DNA of 64,000 nucleotides. Source: Dendrobates tinctorius (lineage: Eukaryota). The stretch lies in assembly GCF_039654945.1 (NCBI RefSeq), contig NW_027361924.1:4464001-4528000 (forward strand). The letters run 5' to 3'. Below the pieces are notes generated by a model, which made no database searches, had not been told where the DNA came from, and saw nothing but the letters and a program-made list of their open reading frames with translations. This document shows, in pieces, positions 37,001-48,572 of this stretch (positions are counted from its first letter, which is position 1; each line of letters starts with the position of its first letter). A program made the position numbers and the translations under genes.

Positions 37001-38059
37001 GGGCCCTCCCCACTATATCCCCCTCACTAACCAGTGCAGGGCCCTCCCCACTATATCCCCTCACTAACCAGCGCAGGGCCCTCCCCACTATATCCCCCTC
37101 ACTAACCAGCGCAGGGCCCTCCCCACTATATCCCCCTCACTAACCAGCGCAGGGTCCTCCCCACTATATCCCCCTCACTAACCAGTGCAGGGCCCTCCCC
37201 ACTATATCCCCTCACTAACCAGCGCAGGGCCCTCCCCACTATATCCCCCTCACTAACCAGCGCAGGGCCCTCCCCACTATATCCCCCTCACTAACCAGTG
37301 CAGGGTCCTCCCCACTATATCCCCCTCACTAACCAGCGCAGGGCCCTCCCCACTATATCCCCCTCACTAACCAGTGCAGGGTCCTCCCCACTATATCCCC
37401 CTCACTAACCAGCGCAGGGTCCTCCCCACTATATCCCCCTCACTAACCAGTGCAGGGTCCTCCCCACTATATCCCCCTCACTAACCAGCGCAGGGCCCTC
37501 CCCACTATATCCCCCTCACTAACCAGTGCAGGGCCCTCCCCACTATATCCCCCTCACTAACCAGTGCAGGGTCCTCCCCACTATATCCCCCTCACTAACC
37601 AGTGCAGGGCCCTCCCCACTATATCCCCCCTATAACCAGTGCAGGGTCCTCCCCACTATATCCCCCCTATAACCAGTGCAGGGTCCTCCCCACTACATCC
37701 CCCTCACTAACCTGTGCAGGGCCCTCCCCACTATATCCCCCCTATAACCAGTGCAGGGCCCTCCCCACTATATCCCCCTCACTAACCAGTGCAGGGCCTT
37801 TGCCACTGTATCCCCCCTATAACCAATACTAGGTCCTGCCCCCTATATCCCCCTATCATCAGTACAAATCCTGCCCGCTATACCCCCTTATAACCAGTAA
37901 AGGAGGATCCCCCCACTATAGCGACCATTGCAGGGCCTCCCCACTATATCATCCCCCTATATCCGTCTCCAGTGCAGACCCTTCCCCCATCTCACCCTTG
38001 TTCTTCTGGGTCCTGGCGATCTCCTTCTCGATCTCGGAGATTTTCTCCAGGATCCCCAT
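22023..38059 (-). CDS. DRG2: Developmentally regulated GTP-binding protein 2; exons (5'->3') 37996-38059, 34840-35000, 34206-34295, 31105-31165, 30889-30979, 30723-30795, 28344-28434, 27927-28024, 27686-27762, 26898-26986, 26564-26622, 25098-25151, 22023-22109
   Basis: Spliced CDS 1095 nt = 364 aa: [21 protein letters not shown]...GFPSVGKST (G1)...YEFTT (G2)...DLPG (G3)...NKID (G4)...TGS domain...EDVIQIVKK*. All junctions are GT-AG and in phase. Confidence 0.97.
22260..24913. repeat. 86/81-bp minisatellite in DRG2 intron 12 (~31 copies)
   Basis: Unit GTCACTGTGTACATACATTAC(ATTAC)TGATCCTGAGTTACATCCTGTATTATACTCCAGAGCTGCACTCACTATTCTGCTGGTGCA. Confidence 0.97.
25590..26070. repeat. Degenerate ~49-bp tandem repeat in DRG2 intron 11
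   Basis: CATCAAGATAGATGAAAATTCACCAGCAGCAGGGAAAGTAAGGGATGTC, three near-perfect copies plus diverged flanks. Confidence 0.75.
26995..27660. repeat. 30-bp minisatellite filling DRG2 intron 9 (~22 copies)
   Basis: Unit GCCAGAGAGGGGATGGGACGCGCGAGAAAA. Confidence 0.97.
28025..28343 (-). other. DRG2: Probable U12-type GT-AG intron 7 of DRG2
   Basis: 5'ss GTATCCATCC; branch-like ACCTTAAT about 12 nt before CAG; only a short pyrimidine tract. Confidence 0.78.
28848..30156. mobile_element. DIRS-type retrotransposon terminal remnant (interrupted by the hAT element)
   Basis: CTCTTTCTTGGAGCCTTCATTGGGGGACACAG and ATTGGGGGACACAGATTACCATGGGTGTATGCTGCTG are each reverse-complemented in tandem at ~30072-30140, the ITR/ICR layout of DIRS elements. 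Confidence 0.6.
28974..29932. mobile_element. Fold-back hAT (hATm-like) non-autonomous element with transposase fragments
   Basis: Perfect 8-bp TSD GTATACAC (28966-28973, 29933-29940); termini TAGAGTGACCG / CGGTCACCCTA; ~350-bp inverted arms; peptides [16 protein letters not shown] and [20 protein letters not shown]. Confidence 0.8.
31526..32458. mobile_element. Penelope-like element remnant with inverted terminal segments
   Basis: About 170-bp inverted repeats (~31526-31695 vs ~32273-32458) enclosing the hammerhead; interrupts a DNA transposon at ggttttac(a/g)gtc. Confidence 0.65.
31856..31899 (-). ncRNA. Minimal type I hammerhead ribozyme (Penelope-associated)
   Basis: Minus strand: ACCUC-CUGAUGA-ACCGUAccauuUACAGG-GAAA-CGC-GUC^GGGGU. 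Intact core, stem I ACCUC/GGGGU, palindromic ACGCGU stem III. Confidence 0.75.
32937..33145. mobile_element. hAT-type MITE nested in the TTAA element
   Basis: TIRs TATTGTTGAGCGCAAGT / ACTTGCGCTCAACACTA; imperfect 8-bp TSD ATGACGGC/ATGACGAT. Confidence 0.6.
35060..37960. repeat. 38-bp minisatellite filling DRG2 intron 1 (~75 copies)
   Basis: Unit CACTAACCAG(T/C)GCAGGG(C/T)CCTCCCCACTATATCCCCCT. Confidence 0.97.
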
Positions 38060-38190
38060 GTCTGCGGCCTACTGACTCCTGCCAGCACAGGCGTGAAAGG
38101 AAGCGAAGCGAAGCACACTGCAGCCGGGGAAGGGCGGAGCTTCCAGCTGACGTCATTACCCGGCGCCCGTCATTCGGTCGCCATCTTTAG
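38060..38190 (-). promoter_or_regulatory. DRG2: DRG2 5' UTR/core promoter
   Basis: CpG-rich; GC box GGGCGG 38132-38137, full CRE TGACGTCA 38148-38155, YY1 motif CGCCATCTT 38179-38187. Confidence 0.7.
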
Positions 38191-40043
38191 TAAGGGCATA
38201 AAAGACATTCATGTACCTGTCTATCCCAAAACTAGTTGTGTCAGCCTAATACCTCATAGACATACTTTCTAACCAGTTTAAACTGTTCTCAGGGAGACTA
38301 AAGAGGTTTTTGTGCTCAATTTTGGTTTTAAGCTGTATGGGCAATAAAAGGGGTTATCCCTGACTAGCTCTGTGATACCTGACAGCTTGGTTGTTAGGAA
38401 TACTCTCCTTAGCAGCAGTTGTCAGGCTGTAATAATCTGTCTGCACCAGATTAACCAGAGCATTATGGCTCGGCCAAGCCTCCATGCCCCTTCTCCGTCC
38501 TCGGCTTTATGTGAGCTTGGCCTAAGAAATCTTAAGACACGCTGGTTGCTAGGGTACTGCTGCTTAGCAAACCTATGGAAAAATGGTTGCTAGGCAGTGT
38601 GTCCATAGCAACCAGGCTTAAATGGTTCAAATTAAGCCATTGTGTTACCCAATACCATAAAAAATGGTGCAAAAGACTAAAAATGGATGCGAACAGGTTA
38701 AAAGTCTTTAATTTTTACACCAGACACCAATATATATTTAATTCCTGGCGTCATGATTGATGAAGAACGGTACTGAAGCGATCGGCCCAGAACGGTCCAT
38801 GGGGCCGAGCTGCAGTACCAGGCATTGCCCGGAGCCAAGATGGGCTCCCCTAGAAGAGCCCGAGCCTCCGACATCACCGACACCATCACATTCAGTAGAC
38901 AGTGGGATATTCCACTAGTTTCGGGTTTTTAAAAACACCAAGAGTTTGATTTAAAGAGAACCAGACCGTCCCTGGAGTGTTTTCCACCATGAAGCCACTC
39001 CATCATTTACAATTGAAGTCAATGAGGTTTTTAAAAAAAAAAAACAAACAAAAAAAACAACAAGCACTTGAGGCGTTTTTGCTGCCATAATAACGCTAAC
39101 ATTTTATTAACAGGTTTAAAAAAAAATGGGAGAAAAATCGTAAAAAAAAACAAAACAAAAGACTTCTCGAAAGCAAACGTTTCAAGGCAAAAAATAAAAA
39201 CCATAAAAAAAATCACCACATAGAGGAAAAAAAAAAATATATTGGCTGAATGTTTGGAGCAGGAAAGGAAAGTGAGATGTTTTGACAATTGGTGGCTTTG
39301 TGCACACGGAGGATTTTGAGGAGGTTTGGGAGAAGAAACACTTCAATTCCTCAAAAATGCAAAACTCTTCAAAAACTTCATCTTCCTGCACAAAAAAAAA
39401 AACAAACAAACAAAAATCCTAAGTCTCAGCAAAAGTGACACTTGGGTGGATATAGTCCATTTCTGCTCCAAAAATTCCTCAAGAAAAAAATAAAATAAGT
39501 GTGAACATAACATTATGGTATGGGCACAATGAGTTTTTACAGCGGATCCGGTCCAAAAGCCTCTTCGAAAACGCTCACAAGTCATTTATATGGCAAATTC
39601 ACTTTGTTGTTCTTAAGAGTTTTGGGAACTTTTTTACCCTGAAGAGGACCTGGTAAAAAAAATAAGTCAGGGCAGATCACGTTTTTGGAGTGGATACAGA
39701 AGGAAACCTCTTCAAACTAGGCATTATCCAATTAAAAGGCTGCAAAGAACCCTTCAGACCCTCTTCAAGAAACACTTCTGGAAAAGAAACATTTCACCAG
39801 AAACTCCCTTTTCTGAAGCCGTTTTTGTAGGTCTTGACCACCTCGAAAAATGCGTTTGAGGCAGTTGAAGATTATGAGTTTTTAGACGGAATCTGCTCCA
39901 GAAAACGGCCCATCTTTGGGGAGTTTTTTTTGCTTCCTGACGCAGTTTTGAAGAGTTTTTTGGAGCTTTTCTTCCCAAAATGTTTTTTTAAAGCCTTTTG
40001 ATAGAACATCGCCTAGATTGGAGCAGTTTTGTTATCAGGATTA

Positions 40044-40229
40044 GGGCTCATACTCGCTTGCGAGAGACTCGCACCATTATCGTGCAAATCTCTCGCGTGT
40101 AAACTCGGCACTGCCGCTGGTAATGGGACCGGAGCGTGCGGCTACACAAATGCATGTAGCCGCACGCTCCGGTCCGAGTGCCAGGTTTTCATGCGAAGAA
40201 TCGAGCGAGTCTCTCGTGAGTATGAGCCC
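40044..40229. mobile_element. Harbinger-type MITE inserted at the terminus of a hAT MITE (40042-40322)
   Basis: TIR GGGCTCATACTC / GAGTATGAGCCC, TSD TTA; outer element has 8-bp TSD ATCAGGAT. Confidence 0.75.
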
Positions 40230-41229
40230 TTAGAGATGAGCGAAGCTGAACTTAAAAGTTTGGGGTTCATACTGGACAGTTAGGGTCATGAACCGGAACT
40301 TCCATGGGTCCGCTCACCCCTAATCAGGATCCAATACAGAATGACACACACTTTATTAGTCATTTTTCAATACTTGGAAGTGGGAAGAGAGCACTCACAA
40401 CGCTGAACTGAATAGAAAGAGTCAATGTATTAATGAAGCGCTTTCTCAGGCACTTTTTAAAGCGGCTCCATGCCCCCCCCCCCCCAAAAAAAAAAAAAAA
40501 AAAAATTCAGACTGGCCATGAAAAAGCTCACTTCTGTTCACTAGATCGCAGATTAGGGCTGGATTGGGGCGTCTGAGTTTTATGTTCCCTGCACGGACCA
40601 CGATTTCTGGACCAGTTGAGGGTCTCCTGATCAGAACAGTCGCGTTGGGGTATACCGAAGAAGTCCCCCCCCAAAAAAAAAAAAAAAATATTGCAGAAGA
40701 AACGTAAGCATAACCTCTTTGGATTTAACTCTTGCACGGCTCGCCATTTTTATCACTTTCTTCAGGCGGGATTTCAGTTAAACGTGCACATACCAGTAAG
40801 GAGTTTCATCTCATTACGGTACGGCCGCACACCTCCGCGGATTTTGGTCACAGAAATGCTGCCAAATCCTTGCAGAAAATACATGGCGCGACTCAACAAG
40901 CAGACGCCTGATGGCTAAGAGCTAGAAAAGGTCTCCTGCGTTACTAGCATTAGGGCGTGTGCGCACATACTAGATTTCCCACTGCTGATTATTCTGGAGA
41001 TCTGCAGCAAAACTCACAAAATCCCCCTGGAATTGCAATTGTGTGTGAGATTTTAGCAGCAAATCAATAGAAACAAAATCCGTACCAAGGTCTGCATAGA
41101 TGCCCACAGGCTGGAAAACTCTCATTTTCAGCATAGGGATGAGATTTCTTAAAATCTAATCCACGTTTCTGATCAGATTTTGCTTCGTGGAAGTACATTA
41201 TTTGTTTGATACAGGTGGCCAAACCCTAA

Positions 41230-41688
41230 GGGTATGTGCACACAGTGCGGATCTGCAGCAGATCTGCAGACATTGTACAGTATAATGCAAATCAATGGGA
41301 TTTCAAAACCGCAGTGCACATGCTGCGGATTTGCTACGGTTTTAAATCCACAGCATGTCAATTCTTTCTGCGGATTCTGCAGCAGTTTGAGGCTATGGGC
41401 ACACGCTGCGGATCCGCAGCAGTTCCGCAGACATAGTACAGTACCATGTAAGTCTATGGGATTTACAATCCGCAGTGCACATTCTGCGGATTTTTCCCTG
41501 CGGATTAGGTGCGGTTTTAAATCCGCAGCATGTCAATTCTTTCTGCGGATTCCGCTGCGGTTTGACACCTATTCCATTGTCCAGGTGTCAAACCGCAGGG
41601 GAAAATCACAGGCAAATCCGCAGGTCACCTTACCTGCAAATGCGTGCGGAGAAATCCGCAGCTCAATAAGCACTGTGTGCACTCACCC
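41230..41688. mobile_element. Harbinger-type MITE (composite)
   Basis: Ends GGGTATGTGCACACAGTGC / GCACTGTGTGCACTCACCC with TAA/TTA flanks; TGCGGAT/ATCCGCA internal repeats. Confidence 0.7.
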
Positions 41689-42401
41689 TTAAAATGTGCG
41701 TTGCAGACTTTCCAGATTTGGTAATCTCTCACTCGTGGTGCCGTCCCTGGAAAACTCTGCAAGTTTTCCACCTAATCCAGACAGAAAATCTGCAGCGTAG
41801 CAGCCATGTGTGACTGTACCCTTAGGGGATGTGCACTCGGTTAACTTTTTTCTTTCTTTGGGGGGGGGGGGGGTGTTTAAAAAAAAAAAAAAAAACAACA
41901 CGTTTACTAGTGGAAATAGCTTCAAGAATCGCTCTTTCTTGGGGAGTTGTTTTTTTTTTTGGCTTTAAGCGTTTTTTTTTTCCCCATTGACACGTTATTT
42001 TGGAGTATTTTGCTTGGACAGTGCCGAGTTTGGAGCAGATTCAACAAGGAAAATGACATGAACTTCCCCACCTCCGATCAAGCATTTTTCAAAACCAGGG
42101 AAAAAAAAAAAAATAAATAAATTTTAGGCAACATTCAAACAATGAGTATTTGGTCAGTATTTTACATCAGTATTTGTAACTCAAAATAACGAGTGGAACA
42201 ATCAGAGGAGAAGTATAATAGAGACACGTCACCACTTCTGCATTTTTCACCAGCTCCTGGTTTTGGTTTCCAGATACTGATGTAAAATACTGAATGTGTG
42301 AATGCGGCCAACAGGCTGAAAACCTGCAAAGTAGATTCACAATGTAAATGAAGTGTTATTGAAGCCACTTTACAGGATCTACAAAAAAACTCATACTCTT
42401 A

Positions 42402-42698
42402 GGCTATGTGCACACGCCGCGGATTCACCATCGGATTTTTCCGTGCGGATCCGAAGGTAAAGTGACCTGAGGATTGGCCTGCGGTTTTCCCCTGCGGTTT
42501 GCCACCTGGACAATGGAATAGGTGTCAAACCGCAGCGGAATCCGCAGACAGAATTGACATGCTGCGGATTTAAAACTGCAGCTTTTCCGCAGGGAAAAAT
42601 CCGCAGCATGTGCACTGCGGATTGTAAATCCCATAGACTTACATGGTACTGTACCATCTGCGGAACTGCTGCGGATCTGCAGCGTGTGCACATTACCC
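42402..42698. mobile_element. Harbinger-type MITE, inverted relative of 41391-41688
   Basis: Ends GGCTATGTGCACACG / CGTGTGCACATTACCC; TSD TTA. Confidence 0.75.
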
Positions 42699-42712
42699 TT
42701 AGAGGTTCTTAA

Positions 42713-43104
42713 GGCCGGTTTCACATCTGCGTTTCAGGGCGCAGGCCGCCGCTAAGCCCCGCCCCCTGCCGCGCCTCCGCCTATCGGCGCATGACGCTGC
42801 ATGCGTCCCCTATCACTGGGGACGCAGGCCGTGCGCAGTATGCGTTTGGCAGCGCATGCATCCTTTTGACGGTGCACCGACCAGCGCCAAACGCAACCTG
42901 TTGCAATTTGGTTGCGCTAGGCGCACCGTCAAAAGGACACATGCGCCGCCAAACGCATACTGCGCACAGCCTGCATCCCCAGTGATATAGATGGGGACGA
43001 AGGACGCGTGCAGCGTCTTGCGCCGATAGGCGGAGCTACCGGCAGAGGCTCGGGGCTTAGCAGCGGCCGTCGCTGCTCCCTGAAACGCAGATGTGAAACT
43101 GGCC
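42713..43104. mobile_element. Harbinger-type fold-back MITE
   Basis: TIR GGCCGGTTTCACATCTGCGTTTCAGGG / CCCTGAAACGCAGATGTGAAACTGGCC; TSD TAA. Confidence 0.8.
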
Positions 43105-44792
43105 TAAGACTCCGTGAATACAATAGCCTTTTTGCGGAGTTTTCGGAGCAAAACCTCCAAGATGAGTGATTGAGACTTTCTGCTCCATAAGCTTCTCTAA
43201 TAAAAAAAAAAAAATAAAAAAATTAAAAAAAAAAAAAACACACCATGTGCACACATTTTTTTAGTTGCCGGCAGGTGAAGCAGGTTCCTGTAGGGTTTTC
43301 AACCATTGTTCACCACCAGCATTTTTTACCCTCTATCCTCTGAAGCAGCCCAAAGAATGATTGCTTCTTTTTGCCCTCTTGAAGGTTTCCCAACCCTGCA
43401 GCAGTTAAAGAAGCTGAAATATGTGCACTGTGCATTATGTTTCGTTGATGGGGGGGCGGAAGACGCAGTGTGCACACAGCCCAACAATGAAAACCTTCAC
43501 ACAGAAGTGCGCAGCTGCCACTTCATTTTTTTTTTTTACACTGGGCAAAGACTGATGACCTTGCAACCTTCCATTTCCAGGCTGATCAAGCCTCCTACCA
43601 TCATCATAGATTATTTTTTTAATTATATTTTCTTTATTGTGCATTTGCTGCAATGAAATATCAAATCGGTTCTTGTGCTCCAGTTGCTGCCAGAACTCAA
43701 TGCATTGCGATGTGCCCTAGTGCAAGAGATGCTCTAGATTAAATCCTACATTTACCCGGCAGTCTTCTGCCACACTCTATGGTATATTATTTTATATATA
43801 TTTAAAAAAAAAAAAAAAAATCAATTTGACCTCTTCATCCACTCTAATCAGTGTAAATGTCACATTGAAGCAACAAGTCAGCAGTGTAACTGCAAGAGTT
43901 TTTCTTTGATGGGGAATAAAGAAAAAAAAAAAAATATTAAATGTGTTTCTCAACAAATGTGCAGCGACTGTGGAATAGATGAGAAGCCTGAAGCTCTTTT
44001 TTTTTGGCGGAGAATCAGAGAGAAAAGCCAGCCACGCTTTAATCCATGACACATAGCAAATACGACAACAACTCCAAAACAGGCTCCTCGCAAAAAAATT
44101 AAAATATAAAATGGTCACTTGCATCAACAGTCCGCCTCGCCGCTGGTCACTTTTTTTTTTTCTTTCAACCCATTCAGCTGTGGTGAGCACAGTCTGCCAG
44201 CCGGTGGCGCTGTTCCCACACTTTGCACTTAGACCGTTGAGAAGCTCGGATATACAGAATTCATTAAAATGAGACTGAACAAGCAGGGGGTGCAATGCGT
44301 CTCCGTCACCCGTTTAGGTATACCCTGGAAAAATAGGCCGCCGCAAAATACGGAACTGAATCTTCAGCAGCTCGGTCGGCTCTCAGGAGGCATCCATAGA
44401 ATTTTTTTTTATACTTTGATTAAATATATGTGTATTTATAATATATATTTATAGATATATATAAAAAAAATCTGACATTTCCCATTTTCAATGTGAAAAC
44501 GGAGAAGTGTATTGCAGTCCGAAAAACTTTTCCTTTTTGACATTGGGACCGGAGGACGGGGTGGGAGGAAAAGATTTGCTAATAGATATTAGGAAATGGG
44601 GTAGATCCCCCATAGATGGAGTGTGAAGCTCGTATGTTCAGGGGGGTTTCAGCAGCACCCACCCCCACTATTTTGCATTTGTCCAGGGTGGGTGCAATAA
44701 TCCACGTTCTGGTCCAATGGGGTGCATTTAGGCAAAGGAGTCCATGTTAGTCTTGGAAGGATAAAGCTGGAGGCGCAATAATGTCAAGCAGG

Positions 44793-44838
<46 letters not shown>

Positions 44839-45027
44839 AAAAAAGAACCCAGTGGATTAAAATAAAAATTGCGTACAGAGTGGACGCCGCTGCACGCGTC
44901 ATTGCTTTAACACTCATACATTCTTCTCAGAGTCTCTCGGACAGATAGGAAACGGCAGGTTTCGGTGCGGTCAGCTCCGCTCTGTCGGTGTTACGGTGGT
45001 GATGGCGGCGGCGAGGTCGGGCTCCTG

Positions 45028-48000
45028 TCACCGGAATTCGTAGATGGGTGCACTGTGTTCTGGGACATGCGTCAGGTTTAAGGACTGATACCTGCAAGGT
45101 GAAGAGAAACAGAGGGCTCATAAAAACTCTTCTAGCTAGCAGCGAATGGAAACAGCCTTAGGCCGGGATCACACAAGCGAGAAACTTGGACGAGTCTCGC
45201 ATGTTAATACCCGGCACTCGGGAGCGGAGCGTGCGTCTGCGAGACCCGTCCGAGTGTCGCGCATGTGTGATCCCGGCCTTACTTACAGCTACTGGTTGGC
45301 CAAGTCCAATGCTTTGCAAAAGCAGATGATTAGTTACAGTAATCATGAAGTGATGGCAATGCACCTGCGCTAAGGGATGGAGAACGCCTTTAAATGGTAC
45401 CGTATTGCAAGGCATTATATCGCCATATGGTGCCAAGAGCTGCAAAACACTAATACTAGAACAGTGCCCTCTTGTGGTGCAAGTATTTTTTTTGCCTTTG
45501 AACATTACATTCTTCTTGCAGGAATGTCACGTCGAGGCCGGCAGCGCTCACCATTCTGAGCTCCGGTGATAGTAGTAACCCTCTATGGATGCCGCCGACT
45601 TCTGGAAGCAAATGTAGTAGAAGCCGGCAAAGGAAGCGCCGCTGATGTCTTTGATTGTGTGATCAGGCACCAGGAACTGTTCCTGCAGAGGACGGAGAGA
45701 GGAAACCATGTAAACCCCAAATCACATGGATGGATGGGGGGGGGGGGTCTATAATCTGAACCCTTCATCCTATAGACAGGGGGGGGGGGGGGGGGATAAT
45801 AGTCCCTTTACGAGATGTTACAGGGAAACGCACCTTCCACCTCATGAAGACGTAATCACCAGCTTTCAGTTCCTCGAATCCAAAGTCATCGGAATTAAAG
45901 GTTTTGGCGTACTGGTAGAAAGCCTGGAACTTCCCCTGTGTGGAGAGACGATGGATCAGTGCCCAGGGGGGCCGAATACGAGAGGCAGAGAGCGACCGGC
46001 CCACACACTGCCCACGCTCACCCAGTGCTTCCTGTCCACGTCCTCATCCGCGTCCCACTTTCTGGTTAGGAAAGGATGTTTTCTACTGATTATCTCCCCT
46101 TCAAAGAAGGTGGTGAGGGTCGGGTATTCCTAAAAAGAGGATGAAGGAGGCTATTATTATCATATTCTATAGGTAGAAGCTGTAATACCAGACAATGGGA
46201 AAGCTGAAGCATCTCGATCAGTCAGAACCAGAGGTGGCTGCAAGTGTGTGACCCTCTCCATTCACTTCTATGGAAGTAGTGATAATTGCCAAGCGAGCAT
46301 GCTCCCACAGAGGTGATGAGAGTGGAGCATGGCGACCACTTCCTTATTCCTGGCGGCAGAACATGGGTACCCAGACTAGAAATAGACACAGGGTTTAGAA
46401 AAGAGGGATTCGCAGCCAGAAATATCGGAGATGGGAATACAACTCACAGAGACCCAGCTCCTAGGACAGTGCGTTATATGGGCGCCAACCGACTTTACGC
46501 CCTGCAGCTTCCCTTGCTTCTTATTTTTAGGGGGGAGGTCCAGATGGCAGAGTCATAGCGAAAAAGTCTCCTAAAATGCACACGAGAAAAGAGGACCCCG
46601 GTGCTCTAAACCAAGAAGCATCACAGCAGCAAAACGGCAAAGTGCATGGGGCCGCCGAGTGGCTTTCTGATCTGCATTGTGACCCTGCTTTTGCTAAAAT
46701 ACGGCATTGTCCCTCCAGACCTAGCGCTGCTCTCGTCCTGGGGGATACATGGGCATCATCACCTCTAAATACCCCACACAGGAAAACCCTAGGTTAAAAG
46801 CAATGTCTAAACAGCGCCAATGCCATTTTCGCAGTCGGTGTGTATGAACAAAGTGATCCGTGCTGGATGGAGAGTTTGCCTATGATGATTATTTTTAATC
46901 CTCCATGCCTTTAAACAAAAAGAAAATAAAAATAAGCCCCCCTAAATATTCATGACCACCATTTCTATACGACTTGTCCAGCCATCTAGAGTATTCCCCA
47001 CGGCATTCAGGAAAAGGGCTCCATGGCAGGGTTGTCAGTAATGGGGCTCATTCTACCTGTAGGGTCACTCACCTCAGTAAGGCCTTTTATCTTCAAGTAT
47101 CCACACAGATAAGCATTTTCCATGTCCACGTGCTGCGGAGCAGAAAGAGGTTTACTAGCACCCGAGCCCCTATGACAACACCTCCTGTCCCCCCCGGAAT
47201 ACAGCATTATCACAGTGGCACTGCATCACAAACTCAACAGTACCCTAATAAAGAATCAGCGTCCCACAGAGGCCCAGCATCTCTAACATCACACTCATGC
47301 CTTGGCAGGGGCGTGGACCCTACTGTGCGGTACGTCGCTGCTCCACGCAGGTCACCGCTAGATGGAGCAAGTGCTGGGACTAGAGGGGGGGGGTCACAGC
47401 TATCAGCAGGGCGGCACCGCAGGAGACTCGCTGCCAACGGCACAAGACCCGCAGCCAGAGAGAGGCTTTATGGAAGGTTTTCCCACCTATTATTGCGGGT
47501 TTGTTAGCGTTGTCTCCAGTATGAACCATCGGAGATCAATGTGAGGAGGCAAATCTCTAAGCTCCAATGTCGCAGCCTGAAGGTCTCATGGTCTACACTG
47601 GTTACAACTGTAACAACCCCACAGCTGTGAACACACGATACAGGTGACTCCATGGATCCCTCCACACTCGTGACTGGCTGCAGCGATCAGGTGATTGACA
47701 GACAGGGCGTCATCAGATTTAAAGGGGCAAGAGATGTTTCTCTAGTAAGGCCAAGAAGTCCAGACGTTCCTGCAGAGCGTGACATTCCCGTGTGGCTCCA
47801 ATTCACGTAGAGAAAGCAGAAAACGATGAAAGAGGGAAAAGTGTTACAAAGCTGCAAAAGAAAAACAGCAAGTTGCTGCCTTCAGAAGAGCAGTCACTGC
47901 TGAGCTTTTGTCACAGTGTATCAGTCCCATGTGCGGATCTCAGGCGGCTGCGTGGTGACGGATCGTCTGTTGTGACCCCACTGTGTATCATCACTATGCA

Positions 48001-48572
48001 GCAGAGGATCGGTGCGGGGACAGCGGGGGGCTACACAGGGAGAACAGCAGCCACGTCCTCGCCCTGTGGGGGGCAGTATACACCAACGATGGGGGACCGG
48101 GCGGTCTACCGTGATGTTTGCCAGGGATCAGAGGGGTCCGGCAGCCGCTCATCTCCCTGCAGCCCAGGCAGAGGGGGCATTGCTGATGATGGTGGTGACG
48201 GCAGCAGGTGAGGACCCCCTGATAACGCATCAACGGGGCGACAACGGGGGGGGGCAACCTGTGCTGTCTCCAGGGAAAGTGGGGTGCAAAATAGGAAGAT
48301 AGGGGGTGAGGACATAAAATAAGGAGCAGGGACAGGAGGGACCCCCGGGCCCCTCTCTCCTGGAGAAGCCCCCCATGCCGCACAGGGCCGCTCACCTGCA
48401 GCACCACCTCCACATCGTACGAGTTGCCTTTGCTCTTCTGGTGCCCCCGGAACTTGGAGCCGCTGTACAGCAGGGTGGTGGCCACCCCGGGCTGCTGCGT
48501 GTTGATGGGAGGTGGCGGGATGAGGGACGAGGAGCCGGAGGCCGTGCTGCTAGCCTCAGTTCGGACCGGCAT
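45028..48572 (-). CDS. GID4: GID/CTLH complex subunit 4 (Pro/N-recognin); exons 48396-48572, 47073-47132, 46022-46129, 45834-45935, 45552-45682, 45028-45091
   Basis: Spliced CDS 642 nt = 213 aa: MPVRTE...[23 protein letters not shown]...[13 protein letters not shown]...[12 protein letters not shown] junctions in phase. Confidence 0.97.
45161..45278. mobile_element. Short Harbinger-type MITE in GID4 intron 5
   Basis: TIR GGCCGGGATCACACA / TGTGTGATCCCGGCC; TSD TTA. Confidence 0.8.

Noticed and set aside
41234-42724. Paralogous-looking 64-152-aa ORFs
   Set aside because: Translations of related Harbinger MITE copies, not a gene family.
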